Source: Blasia pusilla
Taxonomy: Eukaryota
Reading direction: 5' to 3'
DNA: 64,000 nucleotides
Assembly (NCBI GenBank): GCA_050084515.1
Contig: CM114271.1
Location: 10,540,001 to 10,604,000, forward strand
A model generated the notes under the pieces. It saw only the letters and a list, made by a program, of their open reading frames with translations. It was not told the DNA's origin and ran no database searches. The position numbers and the translations under genes were made by a program. Of this stretch, positions 1-11,759 are shown piece by piece (position 1 is the stretch's first letter; each line of letters begins with the position of its first letter).

Positions 1-4
1 TCAA

Positions 5-420
5 GCAATGCGTCAGACTCCAACGGGTTGCTTTGGGCCAAAAACATACTAAACCTGCGGTCAGTCGAACAACTCGTCGGAGTCCGACGAGTTGCTTTCT
101 TCAAAAAAACATCCTGAAAAGGCGGCGAGTCGAGCAACCCATCAGACTCCGACGGGTTGCTTTGGGCCAAAATCTTATTAAACCTGTGGTCAGTTGAACA
201 ACTCGTCGGAGTCCGACGAGTTGCATTCTTCAAAAAACATCCTGAAAAGGCGTCGAGTTGAGCAACTCGTCGGAGTCCGACGAGTTGCTTTCGGCATAAA
301 ATAACCTAACCCATTCCTCAATCGAGCAACTCGTCAAAGTCCGACGAGTTGTGTTTGGCCAAAAGCATCCCAACAACAGTGCCGACCCAAACAAATTGTC
401 GGAGTCCGACGGTTTGCGGC
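5..420. repeat. Array of ~7 copies of the 27-bp palindrome GCAAC(C/T)CGTCGGAGTCCGACG(G/A)GTTGC, period ~64 bp
   Basis: Units start near 5, 69, 134, 198, 262, 326 and 391. The array lies in an intron of the accessory gene. Confidence 0.9.
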
Positions 421-435
421 AAGAAGATACTTACG

Positions 436-1625
436 TGTTCATGGCATGCATTGCCATCTCCACCGTCGCCATGTGATGAGGGAATGGATGAAGGACCGCT
501 GCCTTCACGCAAATGTGCCTCCAAGGAGTTGGGCCGCTCCTTTGCAAACTTGGTCCACGCCATGAACCTGTGATTTCCATCCCATATGAAGAAATACAGA
601 TTCCTCATCCAGCTGAATTCCGTGCCCTCTACTTGCCTTCTAAAATCCTGGTCTCTCATCCTCCAGAATGTGTCGAGCTTATCCAAGTCCTCCTCCGTAA
701 CCAGGGCTTGGGTTCCATGCTTGTCGTAAGGCTGAACATAGAAGGGAGGAAAGTTGTCGACGTAGGATGCTGTTGCCGCCGATTGTTTAAGCTTTGCCAT
801 GTCCTCGTCGGACGGAATTTCGCGGACGTATTCCATTGTCCGCAATCGGCAAAGTGGAATCCTCGGGGCGTTGTGGCCCTCCATCAGTGCCATCTGCTTT
901 ACCACCTGTCAGAACCGGGACAAGATCAATAAGCTACACTGAATTCCCAATTAATTGCAATTAACATAATTCAAAAAACCCAGATCCTCTCTTACCCGCT
1001 CGAAAATTGGGTCGGTTTCTTGACCAGCCAACTTGTCTGAGATAGCAGTTGGAAAATCGACTGGGAACTCGTCCATCCGATAGAGGTCGATGTCTTCCGC
1101 CGGGCTTGGAGACGAGAATGACCGCTCTCCGGCTTCCTCGGAAATGTCCACCATCTCCACGCTGGCGGTCCTCATGACCTCATTGTCCGTGATTTGAACT
1201 TCTGGCATTTCCGCTATATTGATTGTGTCCCCGGACTTCATCGGGGACATTTCCCACATCTCAACACTTTCGGTTGGACGGGCAGGGTTGTCGTCAATGG
1301 CTATCGCTTTTTCCCTCCTCGCTTTAGCCAATTCTGCTCTCCTCACCGACACGTCCAGACGCTTCTTTTCTCTCTTTTCGTCGGCGATCCTTTTCTTCAA
1401 GGCATGCGACGTCTCAGCCTCTGCGTTCAATCTATCGAGCGACTCTTGAACACGTCTCGCAAGAAGCTCCTGGTTGTGCATCTCCGCTTCCCTTCCCCGC
1501 TCCTCGATTTCATGCTGCCTAATTTCATTTGCCGACCGAGGCCCTGGAGATGCTTACGCAGGAGTCCTAATGGACTTCGGAGTGAAGCTCCCAGACTTGT
1601 TTGATTGAGCCTTTTTCCTCGTCAT
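436..1625 (-). pseudogene. MULE accessory gene, 5' exons: charged coiled-coil N-terminus plus ParB/Srx-like domain (IPLCRL...FFIWDGNHRFMAW)
   Basis: ATG at 1625 (MTRKK..., homologous to MTREK... at 29508). ORFs 951-1481 and 318-905 are separated by a short probable intron. A GTAAGT donor at ~435 leads into the repeat-filled intron. There is one early in-frame stop near 1555. Confidence 0.6.
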
Positions 1626-2005
1626 TTTTCCCGGAAATGCCTCCACCTATGTCCATGATGAATCGCTTGATCAATCACCTTGTTGATGTCGAGATGAGTC
1701 GCCTTAATGGGTAGCTCGAATCATCTCGCGATCGTTCAGTCGAACCGTCTCGCTCTCGTCCGGTCGAACCGTCTCGCTCTCGTTCCCTCGTATCGACTCG
1801 CGATGACTCGCTGTGTGAAACGCCCCTTGGTATCTGATCAGCTGCTGCGCGGGAGAGAGAGGAATGGAGATCGCAAAATGAGAAACCGGAAATGAGCTAT
1901 TTTTGCCCTATTTATACTTTTCTAGCCGTTGGGCTGACCGTTGGGTCCGGTCGTCCTTTCGACGGCGACGTGCCGGCCGTTACGGAAGTCTAGACGTGAA
2001 AAATG

Positions 2006-2845
2006 GCAACCCGTCGGAGTCTGACACGTTGCGAGCCTCCGCCATCCTGGGAAGATAACGCGAGGTGCGCGAGCAACCCGTCGGAGACCTACGGGTTGAG
2101 CGCCTCCGCCGTCTTCGGACAAGAACGCGAGGTACCCGCGCAACCCGTTGTAGACCGAAAGGTTGCGCGCCTCCGCCGTCTTTGGACAAGAATGGGGCGT
2201 ACCCGCGCAACCCGTCGGCATCAGACGGGTTGCCCAATTATCTCACGGTGTAACACTTACATGAAGGAAGCGTGCAAACCGTCTGTTCCCGATGAGTTCC
2301 GCGGGACTCATCGGGAACAGACCCTAAACCCTAAACGCTTCCTTCATGTAAGCCGTCTTTGGGCAAATAGGCGATGCGTGCAACCCGTCGCCCTCCGACG
2401 GGTTGCGCAAGGGCCTCGCCTTGTTTCACTTACATGAAGGAAGCGTGCAACCTTTTGGACTCGCGAGTTGTGCGGGAAGCCCGCGTTGTTAACCCTTGAC
2501 GAGGGAAGCGTGCAACCCAACGGTCTCCGACGGATTGCACGGGTACGTCATGTTCTTGTCCGAAGACGGCGGAGGCGCGCAACATGTCGGTCTCCGACGG
2601 GTTGCGCGGGTACGCCCCATTCTTGTCCGAAGACGGCGGAGGCGCGCGACCTTTCGGTCTCCAATGGGTTGCGCGGGTACCTCGCGTTCTTGTCCGAAGA
2701 CGGCGGAGGCGCTCTTCCTTCTTCGGGCAAGAAGGAGCGGTATCCGAGCAACTCGTCGGAGAGCGATGGGTTTCCAGCTTCGACCATGTTTGCATTTGAA
2801 GGTAAGGCAGAAGCGTGCAAACCGTCCAAAGCCGACGGGTTGCAG
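2006..2845. repeat. Palindrome array between the divergent genes, arranged as two inverted arms (period ~67 bp)
   Basis: Units near 2006, 2073, 2139, 2206, 2380, 2447, 2512, 2579, 2748 and 2817. The spacer GCGCCTCCGCCGTCTTCGGACAAGAA appears on the left arm and as its reverse complement on the right arm. Telo-box-like ACCCTAAACCCTAAA at ~2321. Confidence 0.9.
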
Positions 2846-3129
2846 GCTTTGCTTAGCTTGGGTTAATTGTTGAGTTACCAGGACTTCGAAGGGTTCCAAC
2901 AAAATGAAGTGTGCTTCGCAACCCACGTCTCTGCTTCCCAAATCCGGTAACACATTGCAACATAATTGAATCTGTTGCAACAGAATTGGATCCATTGTGT
3001 CAGACAATGTCACCTACCAAACTTCATCTTGACAGTAAAAATCTGTCAGGAGTATCTGTTTTCCTATTCACTATAAATTAAAAATTCTCATTCTCATTCT
3101 CACCCTCCTCCCGTACGAAATTTTTGGGA

Positions 3130-6100
3130 ATGGATAATTATGTGAAGCTCACTCGTGGAAGTCATCTGGAGGCCCTTCCTCAATCAAAAATCATTCGATC
3201 GCAAGCTCGTGAGTCTTTCATAGCAGTGGATGAAAATTTTCTCTCTGTTCGATTTCTTCTCCAAATTGGAACCATCTTTGTATCCAAAGATGTTAGGGTG
3301 GACGGTATGGAAGACATAATAGGTGAGACAGTCCAGCCAATGACTGCAGACCGTAAAGTATGGAATCTCCTACCTCTAGCAAATGGTCAATACAGTGTTT
3401 ACGGCCTGCCCCTAAATTCGTGTGTTTCCCAAGTAGACGGTGGAGAATTTCCTAGTGCTCCGAGCTCTACCTTTGCAACTCCTACCTCACTACATCCGGC
3501 TTCGACTCCAACTTCACATGCTCATATCAATGTTGTTCTTCCTGAAGAGATTCTGAATGTTATCAACCTCAGTGGATCTGTCGAACACCAACCGGGCCCT
3601 CTGTCCGCCTACTCGTTCCTCTTGCGAGTATCAAGCAATAGTTTGCTTTCGTCACTGGCCTTGAAAATGTTCAAGCATATTCTTGTCGACGAGCTGCCGC
3701 CCACGTACGATGGTAATTGCATTTTTGAGTTGCCTCCACTTGCTGCTCCTGCTCGAAAGAATGATGGAGGACGCCTGAAGGGTATGGACAGAAAGTCTGA
3801 TTGTCATCGATGGTGCAGGCTTCAACAGACTAGTGCTTCAATTCCAAATGGTCCTTGGATTGTCTCACGCCACCAATGCGTGGGAGCCTTGGAGTGTAGA
3901 CGTCCAGCATGCCCGTATCTAGAGCGCAACGGGCGAGTCAATACGTCGCAATTCCTCCCCAAGAATGCAGAAACTCCATACGAGGTCGGTGCCACCATAA
4001 CGCCGGGAGGCCATCGATGTCCTCATTGTCAAGCATTGCCCTTCTGCGTTGGAGCGTGTCCTGCATACATATTTTTCATTGTCCACGACTTGGGCTCCAC
4101 GTCATAGTACACAAGGCTGGCAGTTCATGTTGGCTCCCACACTCATCCTGTGACCGATGCAATTCAGAGACACATCAAGGAGGATGTGGCGAAGAAAGTT
4201 GCCGAGGTCTACAGAAACTCTCCGGGTTCAAAGCCCGGAGTGATCAAGCTCACATCGGCATCACAAATTTGTGAACAATTTCTTGGAATCCCTGGATAGG
4301 GCGAGGTCACGGCGGCTGAGGAGAAACAACTATGGGAAAATCTCGCATTTCTCGCTGATCTTGAATGCTTCCGGAATTTGCTGCATCAAATACGAGTTCT
4401 GGATGGAAAGACGGCCGAAATGGATGCCATCTCCAGAATCAAGGCCAACTCCAGATTTCCATTCATTCAGAGATGGTAGTTCATGGGCCAAGGAGGCGAG
4501 GGATCCAGGGCGTATGTCTTCAAAATGTCAACCACAGGTCCGTCGAGTGGCCTCGATCTTATAGATCGAATGAGGGAAGGGGAAGATCTTTACGGCAGCT
4601 GGGTAAGCTTTGATATTTGCTACAGAGTGCTGAACGGATGGTTGACGATGGGTGCTCATGTTTATGACCATGTGGAGAAGGGACTCAAAACTATATTTGT
4701 CTGTGAAGTAAAGGTAGAAGACGTTGGCAGTTTGAAGATGTGTTGGTTACTCTTATTGGAGGTGGTGAAGAAAAACAAAAGGCCACCTCCGGAAATTTAT
4801 GGGTTCATGGCAGACAATGCACAACCTGGGTGGATTGCTATCCGGGAAGTGTTGTGGGGTGGAGAGGTTCAACCGGAGAGGGAAAGGTCGGATGCTTTCC
4901 ATTGGCAACAGTCTGTGACCCGGTACACCAAATCTTGCATCAAGGAGAATAAGAGGACAGAGCATGTCACTCTACTCCAACGCTGCAAGGACAACAAAAC
5001 CTTGAAGCAGACCATGGAATGCCAGGAAGAACTTCATGGGTGGTGGAGGAAGCATGTGATTGAGGGGAAGTACAAAGAGTTGTGCTCTTGGTTGAGTTGG
5101 TGGATTGTACGTATGAGACAATGGGGAAACTTCATGCGGCAGGTGAGTTCACTATTTTGTCTTGTCAAGCTTACGCTGAGAATTGTTTGTAAAGTTGCAG
5201 CTCAGGTTGAGAAGCGTGGGAACTATAGGGATTTCAAACCGAAGAAACCAAGCAAGCTGTCGGATGCGACGGGTTGCCCGAGTGTGCAACCCGACGGAAA
5301 CCGACGGGTTTCCCGAGTGTGCAACCCGACGGAAACCGACGGGTTGCATCCAAAATTTTGGTGCAACCCGAGTGTGGAACCCGAGTGTGCAACCCGACGG
5401 AAACCGACGGGTCGCAGAGTCGTTCATGGGATGCCTCGGCCTTGCAACCCGTCTGAATCCGACGGGTTGCACTAGGTGGGTTTAGGGTTGCAACACGTCG
5501 AGACCAAATGGGTCGCAGAGTCGTTCATGTGATGCCTCGGCCTTGCAACCCGTCTGGTTCCGACGGGTTGCAGTAGGTGGGTTTAAGGTTACAACACGTC
5601 GCGACCCAACGGGTCGCAGATTCGTTGATGGGATGCCTCGGGCTTGCAACCCGTCTGGTTCTGACAGGTAGCTTATGTCTTTGACTGCTGAGTTATTTTC
5701 GTTCCCTTCTAACATTGCTGTCGTTGCAGGGATTGAACGTTCATGAAAATGCCCTCTGCCCCAATACAAGTGGAGCAGAAAGTGTTCATTCCTCCTGGGG
5801 GTCATCACAAGCATGCCAAGGAATTTCACTTGTGGAGGCATGCCAACAAGACCAGGCAAGAGCAATGCTATAGTCTGCAGCATCCCATATCTTCCTCACA
5901 AAAGGCATAACAAAGGGGGCCGTCGATCTACGAGCTCTATGTCAGGGCGGCTGTGAGATCTGGTGATGAAAAAATGTATGTGGAAGCCTTCAACCGGTGC
6001 GTAGCTGGAACTCTCCTCGAGCAAGACGTACACATTGGTGGGGATATTTGTGGGCGGGTTTCAAGACGTCCCATACAGATGGTGGTAGAGCAGTCCGAGC

Positions 6101-7225
6101 GAGACTCGTGGAGACCAGATAAGTATCTTGACTTCAGGCAGGTGAAGAGGCAGCATTGAGGAAGGAATCCGGTGATTGATTTGGATGAGGAAATTACGCC
6201 GCCCACATATTTGGGGACCCCGGACCGCTCCCAAATCCGTGATGGAGTTACTTCTCCAAAATCAGTGAATGTTTTATTTCAAAAGCCCTCCGTTGCTGGA
6301 AGTTCGCAACATCCTGTCACAGGAGTGGTTCAACAATATGAGATTCCGGTAATGGAGGTGGATTGCAACCTAAAACGATGGCATATATCTCGGAGCAACC
6401 CAAGACGTGGACCCACCTGTAGGGCAGGATCTGATGGCATTAGGAGAGCATGCAGCACTTTCATAAACAAGAACTGTACAAGGACTGGACGACCAATGCC
6501 TAGGTTTTGGGGACTCAAAACCTTTGATCGTTTCACAAGGATTGGGGATCAATTGAAGTACTTTTTGCCCAAATGAATCTTGCACTTTCCGGAAGTCTTA
6601 TCCGGATGCCATTGGAGCTCCGGGGAATACCCCCATAATTTGGCCCATCGCCGTAGGTACAAACTGCACTCAAGACGAAGTGGACAATCTTACAAGTGCC
6701 GGTTTCAGACTCGTAGACGGGGGAAGTTTGGAGCATGTTCGCATTACAGAGACCTTTGCATTTCGTATTCAACCCAAGATTGATGTCAACATGTACCCGG
6801 AGAAGGTGGATGATCTCAATCCACTATTTTTGTTTGAGTCTAGAAATGGGGTGAAGAGAAACAGAATGTGTAGGCCAACGGTGGAGAGAGCAAAGCGAAT
6901 TGCATAAGCTCGGGAGGCAAAAATGGAGATCATCGCCACAAAAGATGTCCACAGTGGCAATGGAATAGGAAGGATGTATTGGGTCACGAACAACACTGTA
7001 AATTCAAGTGTCACAGGGGTGTATGTGGTGCACATATGTTGCTTTCCCACATGTTCATGTGATGACTTTGTCCAAAGAGAGACAAGTGGCAAAAAGTATT
7101 TCCCTTGTAAGCACATGTACTATGTGTTGCTGGTATTTTTAAGAGAGTCAGAGGTAGGAGTAGGAATCCACCAACCAATTCTGTCCCTCAAAGAAGTGCG
7201 AAGTATTTTAAACAAACCACTTTGA
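3130..7225 (+). pseudogene. MULE-family DDE transposase with N-terminal GCM/WRKY-like Zn region and C-terminal SWIM finger; frameshifted
   Basis: Motifs: C..C...CPHC...C...HVGSHTHP; WVSFD (D1); GFMAD (D2); DAFHW; after intron 5143-5729, CPNTSGAESVHSSW (E); SWIM CSCDDF...PCKHMYYV in 6923-7225. Several stops and frameshifts. Confidence 0.75.
5265..5670. repeat. Palindrome array inside the transposase intron
   Basis: About 8 GCAACCCG...CGGGTTGC units between the GTGAGT donor (5143) and the TTGCAG acceptor (5729). Confidence 0.85.
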
Positions 7226-7658
7226 GGATGCAAAATGAAGTTTTAGATTGTACTTTCATTTTTCAAGAACCTTCACTTTTAGCTTGAACTCTATTCAACC
7301 CAGGGCAAATGGTAGATTTTTTCGGGACCTTGGATGGAAAAAATGATTGGCTTATGATTCCACTGATTTTTCAGTTTTGTATATTTTCTGCAATTTGCAA
7401 CCGGTCGGACTCAGATGGGTTGCCAAAATATGGAAGAGAAAAAAAAACTGTGAGACTGTTTAATAATTGAACAAAAAAGTGCAAAAAAATTCACACAAAA
7501 AGTTTCCTCTCTTCAACCCAACGGAAACTCTCTTAAGAAAAAAGTATCTATTTCGATTGAAGGTAGTTTCCTCTCTCCTCTCCTCTCTTCCTCTCTCCTC
7601 TCTCCTCTCTTCCTCTCTTCCTCTCTTCCTCTCTTCCTCTCCTCTTACCGCACCTCTC

Positions 7659-7981
7659 ACCAAATGAATGGTGCCAACTCTATCAAGTTCCTGCGCCCCC
7701 ACCAAAGAGATGTCGGCGGGTAGTGTATGCTGATATCCCCGTAGGGCGGATACCGGAAACAACTCATGATACCTCTGGACCAATCTTGCTATGTGACGTA
7801 ATAATACTTGCCGTGCGGTCTCATCTCTCTCCACATAAAGGTATTGATGCGCCCGTATGCCCACTTGCAATACTGCATCCAATCCGGTGCTAATCCCTCC
7901 GAAGAGATCTAACACCCTAACACCCTCCTCTGGACATGGCCACACAATGGATGTGGTATCCAGTGGGGTCAACGTCTCCAC
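7659..7981 (-). pseudogene. C5-cytosine DNA methyltransferase N-terminal fragment (DNMT3-like) within the retroelement pol
   Basis: VRVLDLFGGISTG (motif I), YLYVERD (motif II), ADIS (motif III), then IHLV. It is truncated immediately before the expected catalytic PC motif IV. Confidence 0.75.
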
Positions 7982-8156
7982 TCCAGGAGCTCAATTTCCA
8001 CCTAACTCTCGCTGCTACGAGATAAAGGCATGACTCCACGCCTGCCTCACAAGGTCATCAACACTCCTCTGTAGCTCTCGAGTCATACCCCACAATGGTG
8101 AAGAGGTCTCGCCAAAATGGGAGGAGACACCCGCCATGGCCTGTCTCTCCATGGGA

Positions 8157-10841
8157 CTATCCGCTATTGGGCCATCCTCTCGCATGTGCGTTCCCCTCCA
8201 ACAACTCTCCTGGACAGATAACACTACCTGTGAAAGCTGCCAACGTGGTCACAGACTCATCTCGTGATCGACCACCTCGTCCCGCAAACTGCATGGGTAA
8301 TTGACTCCTCTGCCCGTCACATAACCGCCACCCTGGCTGATAAGAAACGGTCTCCTTCCACGAGTCAAGGATGAATTCTAGGGGATATAACACTGTACTC
8401 CCCATCAACACATGGTACGACTCAGCAGGTGTCGTAATCGCACGTGTGCCCACCATAGCACTATCTGTCGCATGCTATGGATGGAATCTGACAACTATCT
8501 CATGTGGAGTCATATACTGCGTGGGTGACACGCCCCCAATCTAGGTCTGTATCTGGAAGGAACAAGTCTCAATATCGGTCTTCCATAATCCCAACGCTAA
8601 ACACGTCGCCTTCCCTAACATCAAGGGCTGCGCTCTCGAATCAAGTAGGACGCGCTGCAGGTGGTATAATGTCCCCGTCGGACTAACCAAGAAAAATACT
8701 CCAGCTCAGTTATCCTGTAACACTACTCTAGGTGTCACCACTGCTTGCTCTATGGTCGGTCGAGCTGGCATATCTACCAACTTTGCCGCCGCCGCATGCC
8801 ATGACTCTATGGGGGACGTCCGGAGCACCGGCTCTGAGGGCAAGTCCACCACCTCCTCAACTACCTATGAACAAGAAGCAGTCACCTCTCCATGCTCATA
8901 CAACATGGCGGCCAGCCAAAACACCTCAGCTGGTCCAACTCCCAACGTCGCCAACTCTATGGCGGAAAATAGCCAAGTCTGACTCACTCTGGTGGCCACC
9001 TCCAACACTATGGTCGACACTAACTCCACTCGAGCCGGCATAGGAGTTGTCACTCCAACTCCTCGTGACGTCGACGTACCTGCCTAAGTTGTAGGCACCG
9101 CTGGTCTTGGAGGCACCATCGATGGTGTGTGTAGTGCCTTCGACAATGTGAATGACTGTGGAACCTTGGCTTGTTGCCCATTGATCCCCTCTGGTGGGTC
9201 AATCTCAACTCCACTTCTCGATGGCTTGGTGCCTCTTGCAACACCCCCAATCACCACTGCAGCCGCCTCAACCTGAGCTGCACTACACATAAACCCCATA
9301 CTAGTGAGATCCTCACCCGGGTCAGGGTAAAAGGTAAAAGCTGGAGCCACACCAGCTGCTCGCGGCTTCGTGCCTTCCTTGAGCTGCATCATCATCATCA
9401 TGGCACCAATCCTCTGCTCCAACTGATCGATGCGTGAGAGAAGTGTCGGCTCTGGTGCTCCTGGTCCATCTCCTTTGGCTCGTGGTGGTCCTCTACCACC
9501 GCGTCCAGGAAGAACTCCCCGACCTCCTCCAAGACGACCGCCCCGAGGCCCTTGGCCTACCTCTGGACGTGCCTCTTGACGAAGGTCAAAACATCTATCC
9601 CTAGTGTGATCATATATGTTACAATAGTCACACTGGTACTGTGGTGGGGCCATTCTCTATGGCTCCTAAGAAATCGGAGGCGCTCGTGGACCTCTCCCAT
9701 GCTGTGTGCAGTCTCTCTGCCTATGGGCTCCTCCACACGTCCAACAAGACAACATCGGTCCCTATTGGGCAACATATGTAGGTATGGGTCGTTGCCTCAT
9801 AGGCTCATAGTACCCGACTTGCTCTCTAGGCACACTTGTCCGCTCCCGTGGTATTGGTGCTTGCTGTGGCACCTATGGGGTCACCGTCGCTCATGGACCC
9901 GTCGACTCTCGAGAAAATCAAGCGGTCACTACCTGCTCCTCACTTATGTTGAGCTCAATACGCTCAGACAACTCAAAGACCACCTTCAATGTGGGCTTCG
10001 TTTTGTGAATCAACACCGCATCTCGGACTCTCCTCCGTAGTTCTCGATCTAGAACCCTGTATCAATACTGAACTAGTTGCGCCTCAGTCACTCCATATGT
10101 AGCAATGATCAGCCTCCTCATGCGCGTGAATGCCTCTCTCAGACTCTCACCCGATCATCGTTAAAAATTATGTAGACTCTTCAGCTTGTCGGTGCGTACG
10201 CCCTCGTAGCTCTTCCCCAACTTTTTGAAGAACTCCAATGTGGAAGTGAAGCTAGGTGGCCCTCTACCACTAGAGGTCTTTGCCACATCGTCTGTCTCAC
10301 TGCCCTCCTCTCCATCTAGTCTCCGGGATGATGGTGTGGGTCTCTCTCCTCTCACGAACCCATCATATGCCTCGCGACCACTAGTGGACACACACCTTGG
10401 AGCCCAATACATCCTCCAGGCATCAATCTCTACTGAATATAGTGATCAAAACTCCATGTAGTAATCCATCGGAGGACCCTCCAAGTGCTAGAATAACCCC
10501 TTCCATGCCATGAAAGGGTTGAATCGTGTCGGGGTCCGTATCTCCTGGAAGTCGCACCACGTATCAAACTCTTGGATAAAATCATCTAAGTCGATGGTAC
10601 CCACTGCACCCAAGAAACGACGCATGCCCCGATGGCCCATGTCGTCCATCTCTTGCCAAGTGATACTGCCTCCGTCTGCGATCTCGTCACCAGACCCAGT
10701 GTTTAGTGATGATGATCCAGCCACAGAAGGATGTCGAGGTAGCTCTTCACTCGTAACCCCTCGGTATCTCAGTCCACTCCGTGTCACAACACTACTACTG
10801 CTCGCACTACCCCGTTCTTTCGAACCCTGGAAGAATGCCAT
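8157..10841 (-). pseudogene. Retrotransposon gag and aspartyl protease, degenerate
   Basis: RRFLG...DLDDFIQEFDTWC (gag-like, 10488-10841); CDYCNIYDHTRDRC CCHC knuckle in 9084-9653; RVLLDSRAQPLMLGK at ~8610-8655 (decayed DSG site); YHVLMG...LD motif in 8157-8456. Confidence 0.75.
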
Positions 10842-11759
10842 GATGACAACCCTGTCTCACCCGCTCAAGCACTCAGACTCACCGAGAGTCTTCCACACTC
10901 CTCACTAGCTCACCTATGCTAACGTCAATCCCGTGATGACACACCCGGCCTCACGCACACTCAACACTCGGGCTCACCATGAGCCTTCCAACTGACTCAC
11001 CTAACCTAGCAACACTCTCGGGTCATACATGCGACCCCTACTCAAAAACCGCCGTATATCCACCAACATGCTACACATGAAAAGAGTCTACACTCGTCAC
11101 CATCATTGCACCCACCTAGCACCAGCTACTACCCGATACCTAGCACTCTCGATCACACACGACAAGTGCGGGAAAAGGGACTAGAATGAGTAACATGATC
11201 ACGCCCTCCAACCTATTGCACCGTCAACATACCCTCCTCCATGTAATATGACAACCTCTGCAACACGACACTCTCCTCGACCAACACGTCGAACCTCCCG
11301 TGAGCATATGCGGACTACACTAGAAGATTGTGTGGTTTTTATGACTAGGCTTTAAATGACTTGCCGAAACAATGACTCAAAGTATGACTAAAAGGGTTTA
11401 GTCCTAAAATTTAAGGTTGCACAACTCACCTGGTCATGTACTTATTACTAAAGTAGTTATCAATACCCTTTAATAAAGATTAGTCGTACTTCTTTCACTT
11501 GCCTAGTAATACAGAGTCATAAATAACGACTAGTGTTTTTGTGATCTCATGCTCCAATGATAACGTTTTTTTTAACATTGTTGGGATATATATATATATA
11601 TATATATGTGCTACGTTCCTAGGATTGGGTTTCCCCTCGGGAAAAAAATTGAACATTCTTGCACCCTTGGTTCAGGTGGAAACTTACTAAAAGAGGGCTC
11701 ACATATCAAGAGAAGGTTCCACGTCTCTCTGCCATTTTCATGTCATCATGGGGTTAAAA

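Larger units (their letters stand above)
1..7658. mobile_element. Mutator-like (MULE) DNA transposon, copy A; left end lies outside the window
   Basis: Contains a MULE-type transposase (+) and a divergent accessory gene (-). The right end is a pyrimidine tract ending ...CCGCACCTCTC (GAGAGGTGCGG on the - strand) that abuts a truncated methyltransferase at 7658/7659. The partner TIR and TSD are not visible. Confidence 0.7.

Noticed and set aside
5-2845. CRISPR-like look of palindromic repeats with 30-40 bp spacers
   Set aside because: Spacers are themselves repeated and mirrored, repeats are degenerate, there are no cas genes, and the context is eukaryotic introns and intergenic DNA.
1922-3013. 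Many overlapping ORFs over the palindrome array (also 5152-5485 and 29603-30526)
   Set aside because: By-products of GC-rich repeats; the peptides are repetitive and carry no domain motifs.
7460-7981. 173-aa ORF as a complete methyltransferase gene
   Set aside because: It is chimeric: only the first ~108 aa are MTase-like and the rest reads through the MULE terminus.
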